In this document: positions 39,975 to 49,945 of the stretch, piece after piece
How positions within the stretch are numbered: the stretch's first letter is position 1
How the letters are laid out: every line of letters starts with the position of its first letter
Source: Alphaproteobacteria bacterium
Lineage (GTDB): Bacteria > Pseudomonadota > Alphaproteobacteria > CALKHQ01
Direction: 5' to 3'
Length of the DNA stretch: 64,000 nt
Assembly (NCBI GenBank): GCA_965227515.1
Contig: CBDDFZ010000001.1
Span: 1,280,001-1,344,000 of the forward strand
Notes under the pieces: model-generated
What the model was told of the DNA's origin: nothing
What the model saw: the letters and a program-made list of their open reading frames with translations, nothing else
Database searches by the model: none
Program-made: the position numbers and the translations under genes

Positions 39975-40027
39975 CGCAACATACGGGCCGCTGCGGTGCC
40001 GCGCAGTGCGCGCGATCACTCACGATT

Positions 40028-41020
40028 TCATAACCCTTCCAGGACGTCGCGCATGCCCTCGGCCAGCTCGTCCAGACCGCCGTCCAGGATGTCGCGTGCC
40101 GGGTCGTGGGCGGCGGGTCCGTCGCCAGCCTCGTAGGCAGCGATGGCGGCTGCCTCCGCGTCGCTGAGTTCGCGCGGCGGCGTACCCTCGGGCGCGGTGG
40201 TCTCGTATTGCAGGTAGACCATCGGGTCGGTCGCCTGGGGCAGCAGGGCCGGGTCGATGTCCAGGAACCCGATGCTGCCGACGGCGGTCAGCGGCGTGCC
40301 CCCGCTGTAGCTGCCCTGGGAGAGATACTGGCGCGCGTCCGCGATGGCAGCACCGGACTCGTCGTCCGCAACCGGCACCAGCGCCATCGGCGAGATCTGG
40401 AACGGCGCGCCGAACAGGCCGGAGACATGGAGGCCGCCGGTCGCGGCTTCGGTCCGGCCCGGCTGCACCACCGGGTCCGCGAAACCCCAGAACGCCAGCA
40501 GCTCGGCGGGCGCACCCTCCAGCGTCAGGGTCAACTCCAGGGTTAGCGGCGCATAGTCCAGGCGTTCGGGCGCATGCGCGTCGGCCAACGCGAAGATGTG
40601 GTCCTTGAAGACGTTGTCGTCGTCGTGCCGGTGCACCTCGTCGATCACGCGGCCGGTGACCGAGAACGCGGCGTCGATGACACCGTCGATCCGGCAATAG
40701 GGCGGCGCGTAGCGGTCCGGATAGGGCGGTGCCCACTCGCACGGTGCCATGTAGGTGTAGATCACCACGCCGTTCCCGCTGACGCTGCCGTCGGCGGCGA
40801 CGTCGACCGCGCCATAGAGGCCGAGGACGATGTGGTCGACGGCGTTCTCGCCGGCCATCAGCTCGACCGCGCCGGCCAGCGGATAGCTGACGATGGCAAC
40901 CGGCGCATCCGTCTCCAGCGCATTGCCGGCATCGGCGGCGATGGCGGATGCGGAAAGCGCCGTTAGCACTGCGGCGGCGGATGCGATTCGGTGAAGATGC
41001 GGGCGGATGTGCGGACGCAT
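40028..41020 (-). CDS. Secreted acidic hypothetical protein
   Basis: AGGAGG RBS; Arg/His N-region plus signal peptide; beta-strand-like pattern; one Cys pair. Confidence 0.7.
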   Translation of the reverse strand: MRPHIRPHLHRIASAAAVLTALSASAIAADAGNALETDAPVAIVSYPLAGAVELMAGENAVDHIVLGLYGAVDVAADGSVSGNGVVIYTYMAPCEWAPPYPDRYAPPYCRIDGVIDAAFSVTGRVIDEVHRHDDDNVFKDHIFALADAHAPERLDYAPLTLELTLTLEGAPAELLAFWGFADPVVQPGRTEAATGGLHVSGLFGAPFQISPMALVPVADDESGAAIADARQYLSQGSYSGGTPLTAVGSIGFLDIDPALLPQATDPMVYLQYETTAPEGTPPRELSDAEAAAIAAYEAGDGPAAHDPARDILDGGLDELAEGMRDVLEGL

Positions 41021-41088
41021 GGGACCCTCCTGGTCTTTGTGGGCGTCAGTTCAGCATGAAGTGGATGAAAAACGGCTAATCTTCGCGG

Positions 41089-41121
41089 AAAACGGGACGG
41101 CGTACCTGCCATCCCGTCCCC
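41089..41121 (-). terminator. Likely intrinsic terminator after the TlpA gene
   Basis: cgggacgg/ccgtcccg stem followed by TTTT on the minus strand. Confidence 0.55.
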
Positions 41122-41130
41122 GAGCGGTGG

Positions 41131-41886
41131 CTACCAGCCCGGCGGGCAGAAGCCATTGCCGCCGTTCGCGTAGCCGCTCCCATAACCGTCGTTGCCGTAG
41201 CCGGCATTGTATTGCGGCCAGCCCTGCTGCGGGCCGGGCTGCCATTGCGGGCCCTGGGTCTGATAGCCGGAGGTCTGGTCCTGCGTCGGGCCCTGGTTCC
41301 ATGGGTCGGTCTTGCCAATCCAACTCGCCAAATAGTCGCGGACATATTGCGAGTTCCAGTCGGCGGCCTGTTCCACCACATCCAGCAGGTCGCCATTGCG
41401 GTCGACGATCAGCGTGGTCGGAAACATGCTGACGCCGAGGTAGTTGGTCACCTCGCCGCCGCCGTCGACATAGGAGGTCATGCCCCTCAGGCCCAGCCGC
41501 TGTTGCAGGAACTGGTTGATCTGGGCGGGCGGCGCCTGGTCCGCGGCGATCAGCACCACGCGGCCGCCTTGCGGCACCAGCCAGTCGTTCAGCGCCGCGA
41601 GCGATGGCAGTTCTTGCAGGCATGGACCGCACCAGCTTCCCCAGATGTTGACCACCAGCGGCTCCGGCCCCAGGAGATCGGTCACCGGAACGATCGATCC
41701 GTCGGGCGCGTACAGCCGTGGCACGTAGTCTTGGTCGCCATAACCTTGGCCTCCATTACCCTGGCCCCCATAACCCTGGCCCCCGTAACCCTGGCCCCCG
41801 TAACTTCCCCCTTGCGGGTTTGCGGCTTGCGCGCCGACGCTGGCCGTACAGGCGGCCAGCAGTGCGGCAATGGCAGTGGCTCTCAT
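41131..41886 (-). CDS. TlpA-like thiol:disulfide oxidoreductase with G/Q/Y-rich flanks
   Basis: Signal peptide; VVNIWGSWCGPCLQELPSL, FPTTLIVDRNG; GGQGY repeats encoded by 15-bp tandem units. Confidence 0.85.
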   Translation of the reverse strand: MRATAIAALLAACTASVGAQAANPQGGSYGGQGYGGQGYGGQGNGGQGYGDQDYVPRLYAPDGSIVPVTDLLGPEPLVVNIWGSWCGPCLQELPSLAALNDWLVPQGGRVVLIAADQAPPAQINQFLQQRLGLRGMTSYVDGGGEVTNYLGVSMFPTTLIVDRNGDLLDVVEQAADWNSQYVRDYLASWIGKTDPWNQGPTQDQTSGYQTQGPQWQPGPQQGWPQYNAGYGNDGYGSGYANGGNGFCPPGW

Positions 41887-42076
41887 GGATCCCTCCATCA
41901 TCCTCGTGCCGCCGCACATGCCTATATCTGCCGTGAAATGTGGCCGGTCGAAGGCCCTGGGGTGGCGGAAATGGAGCATCGGGTAATGATTTGCGCCCGC
42001 GCCTCCCCGACCGGCCCTCAATTGGGGCGCCGCAACCCGGTATGCGCCACACGCATGGCTGGACGGGCGAATTGCC

Positions 42077-43429
42077 TTGACGCGCCCGGCCCTGGCCGAT
42101 ACCCGAAAACTGTTCCCGAATGCCGGCTATGGTGCGCGGCAGGGTTCCGGGAAATCTGTCATCGCTACCATCACGACATCACCGGCGTCGGCGAACGGCG
42201 CCCCTGCGGCGCGGTCGGGCCCCGGCTTCGCGGAATTCATCGCGCTCATGGCGCTGATGACCGCGTTGATGGCGCTGTCGATCGACCTGATGCTGCCTGG
42301 CTTGGGCGAAATCGGCGGCGACCTCGGTGCCGGCGACGAGAACGAGCGCCAACTGGTGCTGACCATGCTGTTCCTGGGCCTTGCCGGCGGGCAGCTTCTC
42401 TATGGCCCGTTGTCGGACCGCTACGGGCGCAAGCCGCCGCTTTATGTCGGGCTGGCGATCTTCGTGGTCGGCTGCGTGATCTCGATGCTGGCCGGCGACT
42501 TCACCACCATGCTGATCGGCCGCCTGCTGCAGGGTATCGGTATCGCCGCACCCCGCGTGGTCTCGCTGGCGCTGATCCGCGACCGCTTTGCCGGGGACGG
42601 CATGGCCCGGGTGATGTCGCTGATCCTGGCGGTGTTCATCCTGGTGCCGATGGTGGCGCCGGCCATCGGCCAGGGCATCCTGCTGATCGCGCATTGGCGG
42701 GTGATCTTCGCCGCCCTGATGGTGCTCGGCGTCATGCTCGGCATCTGGTTCGCATTGCGCCAGCCTGAGACGCTGCCGCCGGAACGGCGCTCGCCGCTGT
42801 CGGTCCGCCACATATGGCATGCGACGGTCGAGACCTGCACCAACCGCACGGCGGCGGGCTACACCATCGCGGCGGGGCTCATCTTCGGCGCGTTCCTGGG
42901 CTACCTGAACTCGGTGCAGCAGATCTTCCAGGAGCAATATGGGCTCGGTGTCTGGTTTCCGGCGGTGTTCGCGGCATTGGCCGTCTTCATCGGCGCCGCG
43001 TCGGTGGCCAATGCCCGGCTCGTGATGCGCATGGGCATGCGGCGGCTTTGCTACATGGCACTGTACGTCCTGGCCGCGATCAGTTGCGTCTTCACCGTGG
43101 TGGCGCTGTCGACCTCGGGCCATCCGCCGCTGTGGTCGATGATGGTGTTCCTGTCGGTGTGCCTGTTCTGCTTCGGCTTGTTGTTCGGCAATTTCAACGC
43201 GGTGGCGATGGAGCCGCTGGGCCACATAGCCGGCATCGCCGCGGCGGTCATCGCGTCGGTCACCACGTTCATCTCGCTGGCGGGCGGGCTGGTCATCGGC
43301 CAGATGTACGACGGATCGGTGCGCCCGGTGGTCATCGGGTTCGCGGTGCTGTCGCTGATCTCGATTGCCGTGGTGAAGTGGACCGACAAGGGCCGGGTGC
43401 CGGCCCGATCCGGGCGCGGGTTAGTCTAG
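42077..43429 (+). CDS. Bcr/CflA family multidrug efflux MFS transporter
   Basis: ALSIDLMLP, GPLSDRYGRKP, PETLPPERR, MEPLGHIAG; start uncertain. Confidence 0.9.
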   Translation: MTRPALADTRKLFPNAGYGARQGSGKSVIATITTSPASANGAPAARSGPGFAEFIALMALMTALMALSIDLMLPGLGEIGGDLGAGDENERQLVLTMLFLGLAGGQLLYGPLSDRYGRKPPLYVGLAIFVVGCVISMLAGDFTTMLIGRLLQGIGIAAPRVVSLALIRDRFAGDGMARVMSLILAVFILVPMVAPAIGQGILLIAHWRVIFAALMVLGVMLGIWFALRQPETLPPERRSPLSVRHIWHATVETCTNRTAAGYTIAAGLIFGAFLGYLNSVQQIFQEQYGLGVWFPAVFAALAVFIGAASVANARLVMRMGMRRLCYMALYVLAAISCVFTVVALSTSGHPPLWSMMVFLSVCLFCFGLLFGNFNAVAMEPLGHIAGIAAAVIASVTTFISLAGGLVIGQMYDGSVRPVVIGFAVLSLISIAVVKWTDKGRVPARSGRGLV

Positions 43430-43439
43430 CCTCTTTCCC

Positions 43440-43865
43440 TCACGGCGCGAGCGAGACCACCATATCGGCATCGGTCCCATGCCAGGCGCCGTCGTCGGCC
43501 CGGCAATAGGTGCCGCGCGACTGGATCTGGGCATCGGCGCCCAGGTAGGCGACGCTGCGGCATGGCTGGCCGTCGGGTCCGATGGCGGTGTCGACGATGG
43601 TGACCGTGGTATCGGTCTGGCGCACCTGGTCGATCACCCGCACGGTCTCGCCGTCGGGCAGGAACTCCAGCGCCTGCTGCACCGATTCCTGGAATGCCAC
43701 CACGGTCGGGTCGCCGCCCGCCGCCGGCATCAGGGCAGCGGGGTCGAGGTTGGCCAGCGACGACTCCACGATCAGGCAGCCGCTCAGGCCGGCCAGCGCA
43801 AGGCAGGCGGAGGCGACGGGAACGAGCGGCAGCTTGCGGGGGCGGTGATGGCGTCGGTCAGTCAT
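43440..43865 (-). CDS. Lipoprotein, RT0821/17-kDa surface antigen-like
   Basis: Lipobox LSGC; QALE..PDGE, PCR, GTYCR..DGAW. Confidence 0.75.
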   Translation of the reverse strand: MTDRRHHRPRKLPLVPVASACLALAGLSGCLIVESSLANLDPAALMPAAGGDPTVVAFQESVQQALEFLPDGETVRVIDQVRQTDTTVTIVDTAIGPDGQPCRSVAYLGADAQIQSRGTYCRADDGAWHGTDADMVVSLAP

Positions 43866-44129
43866 CGCACGGGTCCTGATCGGTTCTGAAGGGTCGTTGC
43901 GAGCCTCTCAAAGATGCACCGGGACCGGTTGCATTCGTCTTAATTCCGGGCGTTTCGGTTGTTCGCCGCTAACCAACTCGAACGTGCGTGACTCCAACCG
44001 CCGCCACACCGCCGTCCTTGCAATGCCAAAGTGTTGCCGCATATTGCTTGTTGCATCGCGGCTCTGGGCTGCGACCCCAAGCTCTCGTCACACGTGACGG
44101 GATATCGCCACACATGAAGGGTATGCCAG

Positions 44130-44759
44130 ATGCCAAATCCCATGATCATCGCGCGCCGGATCGCCAGCTTGGGCGCCGCGGCGGTGACGGCAGCCATGAT
44201 CGCCGGTCCGGCCTCTGCCGTGACGCCGGCGGTTCTCTCGCCCGCAGACCAACAGGATGTTTCGCGGATCGAGAACTACCTGAATTCGATCACCTCGATG
44301 GAAGCGCGCTTCCTGCAGATCGACCCCAGCGGCAATAACGTGCAGGGCACGCTGTTCATCCTGCGGCCGGGCCGGCTGCGGTTCGAGTATGACGAGCCGT
44401 CGCCTATTCTGATCGTCGCGGACGGCACGTGGGTGCACTACCACGACAAGGAGCTGGACCAGACCTCGCGCGCGCTGATCAGCGACACGACGGTGGAGTA
44501 CTTCACCAGCTCCAACCTGCGGCTTTCCGGCGACATCACCGTCACCGCGTTCAACCGCAACGACGGTTTGTTGAACATGACCATCGTCGACACCAACAAC
44601 CCGGACGAGGGCGAGGTGACCTTCACCTTCGATCCGGAGCCGATGAATTTGCGCCAGTGGGTGGTGCGCGATCCGGACGGCAACGAGACGCTGGTGGCGT
44701 TGTTGACCTTCAAGTCAAACGTGCCGTTGGACACGGAGATGTTCTACTTCTACGACTGA
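44130..44759 (+). CDS. lolA: Outer membrane lipoprotein carrier LolA-family protein
   Basis: IENYLNSI..MEARFLQ, RPGRLRFEY, IVADG, LRQWVV.D..G. Confidence 0.88.
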   Translation: MPNPMIIARRIASLGAAAVTAAMIAGPASAVTPAVLSPADQQDVSRIENYLNSITSMEARFLQIDPSGNNVQGTLFILRPGRLRFEYDEPSPILIVADGTWVHYHDKELDQTSRALISDTTVEYFTSSNLRLSGDITVTAFNRNDGLLNMTIVDTNNPDEGEVTFTFDPEPMNLRQWVVRDPDGNETLVALLTFKSNVPLDTEMFYFYD

Positions 44760-44792
44760 GCCTTCCAGTTCGGTTTCGGTCGCAGTTTCAGC

Positions 44793-44825
44793 GATGCCCG
44801 CACATGCTGCGGGCATCTTTTTTTC
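44793..44825 (+). terminator. Rho-independent terminator after lolA
   Basis: gatgcccgca-catgc-tgcgggcatc followed by a T-run. Confidence 0.85.
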
Positions 44826-44969
44826 ATCGAAGCGGAGGTGGAGAGGGCTGGCGCGGTTTCCGCGCGAGCCGATCCTGACCCAAACGTCGCGCGCAGCTTC
44901 CGGCGCGGCGATTCTGTGTGGTAGTCTCCGCGCCGCTCACATCAGACTCAAGACGAGGTTCGCCGGGCC

Positions 44970-45719
44970 ATGGCCGGTCATTCCCAATTCAAGAACATCA
45001 TGTACCGCAAGGGCGCGCAGGACGCGAAGCGCGCCAAGCAGTTCGCCAAGCTGGCGCGCGAGATCACCGTCGCCGCCAAGATGGGCCTGCCCGACCCGGC
45101 GATGAACCCGCGCCTGCGCGGCGCCATCTCGGCCGCGCGCTCGGCCAACATGCCGAAGGACCGCATCGACCGGGCGATCAAGCAGGGCACCGGCGAGGGC
45201 GACGACGCGAACTACGAGGAGGTGCGCTACGAGGGCTATGGCCCCGGCGGTGTGGCCTTTATCGTCGAGACGCTGACCGACAACCGCAACCGCACCGCGT
45301 CCGACGTGCGCTCGTCGTTCAACAAGTTCGGCGGCACCCTGGGTGAGACCGGGTCGGTCGCCTTCATGTTCAACCGGCTGGGCGAGATCGTCTATCCGGC
45401 CGACGTCGCCAGCGCCGACGAGGTGTTCGAGGCGGCGTTGGAGGCTGGCGCCGACGACGTGCAGAGCCTGGAGGACCGCCACGAGATCCACTGCGCGCCC
45501 GACGATTTCAACGACGTGCGCGACGGGCTGGAGAAGGCGTTCGGCGAGGCGCAGTCCGCCGGCCTGGTCTGGAAGCCGGAGACGACCACCGAGGTGGACG
45601 AGGACAGCGCGCGCACGGTGCTGAAGCTGATCGAAAGCCTGGAAGACAGCGACGACGTGCAGACCGTGTCGGCCAATTTCGACATCGACGACGAGATCAT
45701 GGAGCGTCTGAGCGCCTGA
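44970..45719 (+). CDS. yebC: YebC/PmpR family protein
   Basis: [31 protein letters not shown]. Confidence 0.96.
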   Translation: MAGHSQFKNIMYRKGAQDAKRAKQFAKLAREITVAAKMGLPDPAMNPRLRGAISAARSANMPKDRIDRAIKQGTGEGDDANYEEVRYEGYGPGGVAFIVETLTDNRNRTASDVRSSFNKFGGTLGETGSVAFMFNRLGEIVYPADVASADEVFEAALEAGADDVQSLEDRHEIHCAPDDFNDVRDGLEKAFGEAQSAGLVWKPETTTEVDEDSARTVLKLIESLEDSDDVQTVSANFDIDDEIMERLSA

Positions 45720-45737
45720 GTTCGGGCGTCCGGACGC

Positions 45738-46289
45738 ATGACAGGGGGCGGCATCCGCGTGAGCCAGACCGCCATTCGCCTGATGGGCATCGACCCCGGC
45801 CTGCAGCGCACCGGCTGGGGCATTGTCGATGTCGACGGCTCACGGCTCAGCCATGTCGCCAATGGCACGGTCGCCTCCACCGCGACCCTCAGCCTGGCTG
45901 AACGGCTGGCCGAGCTCTACGCCGGCCTGAGTTCGGCGATCGAGGCGCATCGCCCGGCCGCCGCCGCGGTGGAAGAGACCTTCGTCAACAAGAACCCGAA
46001 CTCCACCCTCAAGCTCGGCATCGCCCGCGGTGCCGCGCTGCTGGCGCCGGCCCTGTGCGGCCTGCCGGTGGCCGAGTACCCGGCCAACCTGATCAAGAAG
46101 ACCGTGGTCGGGGTCGGCCATGCCGACAAGGCGCAGGTGATGGCGATGGTGAAGGTGTTGCTGCCGGGCTGCCCCATCGACGGGGCGGACGCCGCCGATG
46201 CGCTGGCGGTCGCGATCTGCCACGCCCATCACGGCACCGCGCGGTCGTGGTCGGAGAAGGCGAGCAGGCCCGGGGGCGTGGCGGCATGA
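45738..46289 (+). CDS. ruvC: Holliday junction resolvase RuvC
   Basis: [35 protein letters not shown]. Confidence 0.96.
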   Translation: MTGGGIRVSQTAIRLMGIDPGLQRTGWGIVDVDGSRLSHVANGTVASTATLSLAERLAELYAGLSSAIEAHRPAAAAVEETFVNKNPNSTLKLGIARGAALLAPALCGLPVAEYPANLIKKTVVGVGHADKAQVMAMVKVLLPGCPIDGADAADALAVAICHAHHGTARSWSEKASRPGGVAA

Positions 46290-46909
46290 TCGCGCAACTC
46301 TCGGGCCGCATGGTCTCGACCGACGAGGACACCGCCGTCATCGACGTCAACGGCGTCGGCTACCTGGTGCATTGCGCCAGCCGCACGCTCGGCCGCCTGC
46401 CCGGCCCCGGCGAGGCGGTGACGCTGTTGATCGAGACCCATGTCCGCGAGGACCGTATCCAGCTCTTCGGTTTCGCCGATGCCGGCGAGCGCACTTGGTT
46501 TCGGCTGCTGACCGGGGTGCAGGGTGTCGGCAACAAGGTGGCGCTCGGCATCCTGGCGGCACTGTCGCCGAACGAACTGATCCAGGCGATCGCCGCCCAG
46601 GACAAGGCGGTGCTGACCCGCGCGCCCAGCGTCGGGCCGAAACTGGCGCAACGCATCGTCAGCGAACTGAAGGACAAGGCAACCGGCATCGCATTTACCC
46701 CGTCGCCTGCCGCCGGCACGGTTGCCCCTGCCGGTGCGGCCGCCGGCGTCGACAGCGACGCTGCGGCGGACGCGGTCTCCGCGCTGGTCAATTTGGGCTT
46801 CGGGCGCACCCAGGCGGTGGGCGCGGTCGCCAATGCGGTGGCGTCGCTGGGACCAGACGCCAAGGTCGAGGGCCTGATCACCCAGGGGCTGAAGGAGCTT
46901 AGCCAGTGA
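46286..46909 (+). CDS. ruvA: Holliday junction branch migration protein RuvA
   Basis: MIAQLSG, DVNGVGY, HVRED...LFGF, VQGVG.KVAL, ALVNLGF. Confidence 0.96.
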   Translation: MIAQLSGRMVSTDEDTAVIDVNGVGYLVHCASRTLGRLPGPGEAVTLLIETHVREDRIQLFGFADAGERTWFRLLTGVQGVGNKVALGILAALSPNELIQAIAAQDKAVLTRAPSVGPKLAQRIVSELKDKATGIAFTPSPAAGTVAPAGAAAGVDSDAAADAVSALVNLGFGRTQAVGAVANAVASLGPDAKVEGLITQGLKELSQ

Positions 46910-47988
46910 GTGCCATCCCTGGCGATGACGACCGCCTGGTCGAGACGGCGGAGACCGCCGGCGACGGGGCGGAGCGTGCGCTCAGGCCGCTGTCGCTGGA
47001 CGCCTTCATCGGCCAGGACCAGTTGCGCGCCAACCTGACGGTCTATGTCCGCGCCGCCCACGCGCGCGGCGAGGCGATGGACCATGTGCTGCTCAGCGGC
47101 CCGCCGGGACTGGGCAAGACGACGCTCGCCCAGATCATCGCCCGCGAACTGGGGGTCAACTTCCGCGCCACCTCCGGCCCGGTCATCGCGAAGGCCGGCG
47201 ACCTGGCCGCGGTGCTGACCAACCTGGAGCCGCGCGATGTGCTCTTCATCGACGAAATCCACCGCCTGAACCCGGCGGTCGAGGAAATCCTCTACCCGGC
47301 GATGGAGGACTTGCAGCTCGACCTGATCATCGGCGAGGGGCCGGCGGCGCGCTCGGTGCGCATCGACCTGCCGCCGTTCACCTTGATCGGCGCCACCACG
47401 CGCTCCGGGCTGATCACCACGCCGCTGCGCGACCGCTTCGGCATCCCGCTGCAGCTCGATTTCTATTCGCCGGAGGAACTGGTGGCGATCGTGCGCCGTG
47501 GCGGCGGTCTGCTCTCGGTACCGCTGACCGACGACGGCGCATTCGAGATCGCCCGCCGCTCCCGTGGCACCCCGCGCATCGCCGGGCGCCTGCTGCGCCG
47601 GGTGCGCGATTTCGCGGTCGTCGACAGCCTTGACGAGGTCAACGCCAAGGTGGCGGATGCGGCATTGGCACGGATGGATGTCGACAGCCAGGGGCTCGAC
47701 GCGCTCGACCGCCGCTATCTCCGCTGCATCGTCGACAATTACGCCGGCGGGCCGGTGGGGGTGGAGACGCTGGCCGCCGCCTTGTCCGAACAACGCGATG
47801 TGCTCGAAGAAGTGATCGAGCCTTACCTCATCCAGCAGGGCTTCCTGCAGCGCACGCCGCGCGGGCGCATGGTGGCGGCACGGGGCTGGAAGCACCTGGG
47901 CGTCACCCCGCCGGCCGAGCAGCCGAACGCCCGGTCCGACCCGCAGCTTGGCCTGGCCATCGACGAGCGCTGGACCGCCGATGACTGA
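46906..47988 (+). CDS. ruvB: Holliday junction helicase RuvB
   Basis: [38 protein letters not shown]. Confidence 0.97.
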   Translation: MSAIPGDDDRLVETAETAGDGAERALRPLSLDAFIGQDQLRANLTVYVRAAHARGEAMDHVLLSGPPGLGKTTLAQIIARELGVNFRATSGPVIAKAGDLAAVLTNLEPRDVLFIDEIHRLNPAVEEILYPAMEDLQLDLIIGEGPAARSVRIDLPPFTLIGATTRSGLITTPLRDRFGIPLQLDFYSPEELVAIVRRGGGLLSVPLTDDGAFEIARRSRGTPRIAGRLLRRVRDFAVVDSLDEVNAKVADAALARMDVDSQGLDALDRRYLRCIVDNYAGGPVGVETLAAALSEQRDVLEEVIEPYLIQQGFLQRTPRGRMVAARGWKHLGVTPPAEQPNARSDPQLGLAIDERWTADD

Positions 47989-48439
47989 GTTGCCGACGCC
48001 TGACGCTGTGATGACTGACGCGCCGCGCCACGTCTTTCCGGTGCGGGTCTATTACGAGGACACCGATGCCGGTGGCATCGTCTACCACGCCAACTACCTG
48101 CGGTTCGCCGAGCGCGGGCGCACCGAATGGCTGCGCCAGAGCGGGGTCGACCATACCGAACTCAGGCGCGACGGCGGCCTTGTTTTCACCGTAAAGCGGT
48201 GCGACGTCGAGTTCGTGAAGCCTGCCGTGCTGGACGATGCCTTGCAGGTCGTGACCACGTTTCTGGCCGTGCGCGGCGCCTCGTTCGACCTGCGCCAGAC
48301 CGTGGAGCGGGACGGCGAGGTGCTGGCCGACCTGGGCGTGAAGATCGCCTGTGTCGACGTGTCCGGCCGGCCGGCACGACTGCCCGGCGATCTGCGGCGC
48401 GGCCTCGCCGCGCTGGTTGCAGGCCCGGCGCAGTCATAA
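47981..48439 (+). CDS. ybgC: Tol-pal associated acyl-CoA thioesterase
   Basis: [29 protein letters not shown]. Confidence 0.95.
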   Translation: MTELPTPDAVMTDAPRHVFPVRVYYEDTDAGGIVYHANYLRFAERGRTEWLRQSGVDHTELRRDGGLVFTVKRCDVEFVKPAVLDDALQVVTTFLAVRGASFDLRQTVERDGEVLADLGVKIACVDVSGRPARLPGDLRRGLAALVAGPAQS

Positions 48440-48581
48440 TACTGATACGCCGCGCTTGCGCGCCGACTCGGCAGGGCGGACCCGATTCGATTGAGCGCAC
48501 GGGCCGCAGGATATTTGGAGCTCACCCGGCGGCGCCCGCGATTGGCGCGCCCGGACCGCAAAGGCACTTGGATTACCCGAC

Positions 48582-49319
48582 ATGGAACCCACTGAAGACG
48601 GCCAACTAACCGGCGAAGGTATCGTCGACCTGACGGTCTCGCCGATGGAGGATCTGGACCTCGTCAGCCTGTTCATGCAGGCGGACATCGTGGTCAAGGC
48701 GGTGATGGTGCTGCTGGTACTGGCCTCGATCTGGTCCTGGGCGATCATCATCGAGAAATGGCTGCGCTTTGCGCGCCTGAAGCGCAATGCCGACAAGTTC
48801 GAGGATGCGTTCTGGTCCGGCGGCTCGCTGGAAGACCTCTACGACCGCATCGGCAACGCGCCGGCCGACCCGATGGCGGCGGTGTTCGCGTCCGCGATGC
48901 GCGAGTGGCGCCGCTCGGCGGTGCAGTCGACCTCCGACGTCATCCACAGCCTGCAGGACCGCATCGAGCGGGTGATGTCGGTGACCATCGAGCGCGAGAG
49001 CGAGCGGGTCGGCAAGCGCGTCACCTTCCTGGCGACGGCGGGCAGCGTCGCGCCGTTCCTTGGCCTGTTCGGCACCGTCTGGGGCATCATGAACACGTTC
49101 ACCGCGATTGCGGCGATGAACAACACGACCCTGACCACGGTGGCGCCGGGCATCGCGGAGGCGCTGTTCGCCACCGCCATGGGCCTGTTCGTCGCCATTC
49201 CGGCGGTCGTCGCCTACAACCGGGCGGCAGATTCCATGCGCCGCTACACCGCGCGACTGACGAATTTCGCCACCGAGTTCGCTGCCATCATTTCGCGCCA
49301 ATTGGACGCGAAGGCTTAA
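48582..49319 (+). CDS. tolQ: TolQ
   Basis: SIWSWAII, FWSG, PFLGLFGTVWGIM, VAPGIAEAL.ATAMGL. Confidence 0.96.
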   Translation: MEPTEDGQLTGEGIVDLTVSPMEDLDLVSLFMQADIVVKAVMVLLVLASIWSWAIIIEKWLRFARLKRNADKFEDAFWSGGSLEDLYDRIGNAPADPMAAVFASAMREWRRSAVQSTSDVIHSLQDRIERVMSVTIERESERVGKRVTFLATAGSVAPFLGLFGTVWGIMNTFTAIAAMNNTTLTTVAPGIAEALFATAMGLFVAIPAVVAYNRAADSMRRYTARLTNFATEFAAIISRQLDAKA

Positions 49320-49336
49320 GCATGGGCGCAACAATT

Positions 49337-49433
49337 CGGCACCAGCCCTCTCCCCCACCCGGCCCCCCACGAAAGTATCCTGGCTGGGTGGCCGGGTGGG
49401 GGAGAGGGCCGGCGCAGACTCAGCGCAAGCTGG
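49337..49433. repeat. Dispersed hairpin repeat family 1, copy E (between tolQ and tolR)
   Basis: cggcaccagccctctcccccacccggcc..aaagtatcc..tgggtggccgggtgggggagagggccggcgcagactcagcgcaagctgg. Confidence 0.9.
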
Positions 49434-49462
49434 ACTAAGATTGGGCGAAGAGGAGCTGCGGG

Positions 49463-49888
49463 ATGGCCTTCAATCTGCGCCAGGGCAACCAGGACCGCAA
49501 TGCGCCGATGGCGGAGATCAACGTCACGCCGTTCGTCGACGTGATGCTGGTGCTGCTGATCGTCTTCATCGTCACCGCGCCGCTGCTTGCGGTTGGCGTG
49601 GACGTCGACCTGCCGCAGGCCGACGCGCCGGCGCTGCCGTCCCAGGACGTGCCGCTGGTGGTCTCCATCGACCGTGATGCCAATGTCTTTCTGGGCGATG
49701 AGCCGGTCGAGGTCGGCCAACTGGCCTCGCAGCTCAGTGCCATCGTCGGCGAGGACGAGAACCGGCGCATCTTCGTGCGCGGCGACCAGACCATCACTTA
49801 CGGGCGGATCATGGAAGTGATGGGTCTGATCATCCAGGCGGGCTTCACCCGGGTCGCTTTGGTCGCCGAATTGCCGAGCGACCGCTGA
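49463..49888 (+). CDS. tolR: TolR
   Basis: MAEINVTPFVDVMLVLLIVF.VTAPL, FVRGD, YG.IM.VM. Confidence 0.95.
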   Translation: MAFNLRQGNQDRNAPMAEINVTPFVDVMLVLLIVFIVTAPLLAVGVDVDLPQADAPALPSQDVPLVVSIDRDANVFLGDEPVEVGQLASQLSAIVGEDENRRIFVRGDQTITYGRIMEVMGLIIQAGFTRVALVAELPSDR

Positions 49889-49945
49889 GCAGGCGTTGCG
49901 GATGATCCCCACGGTCAAGCGACCGAACCGTCGGAGCACCGGGCC

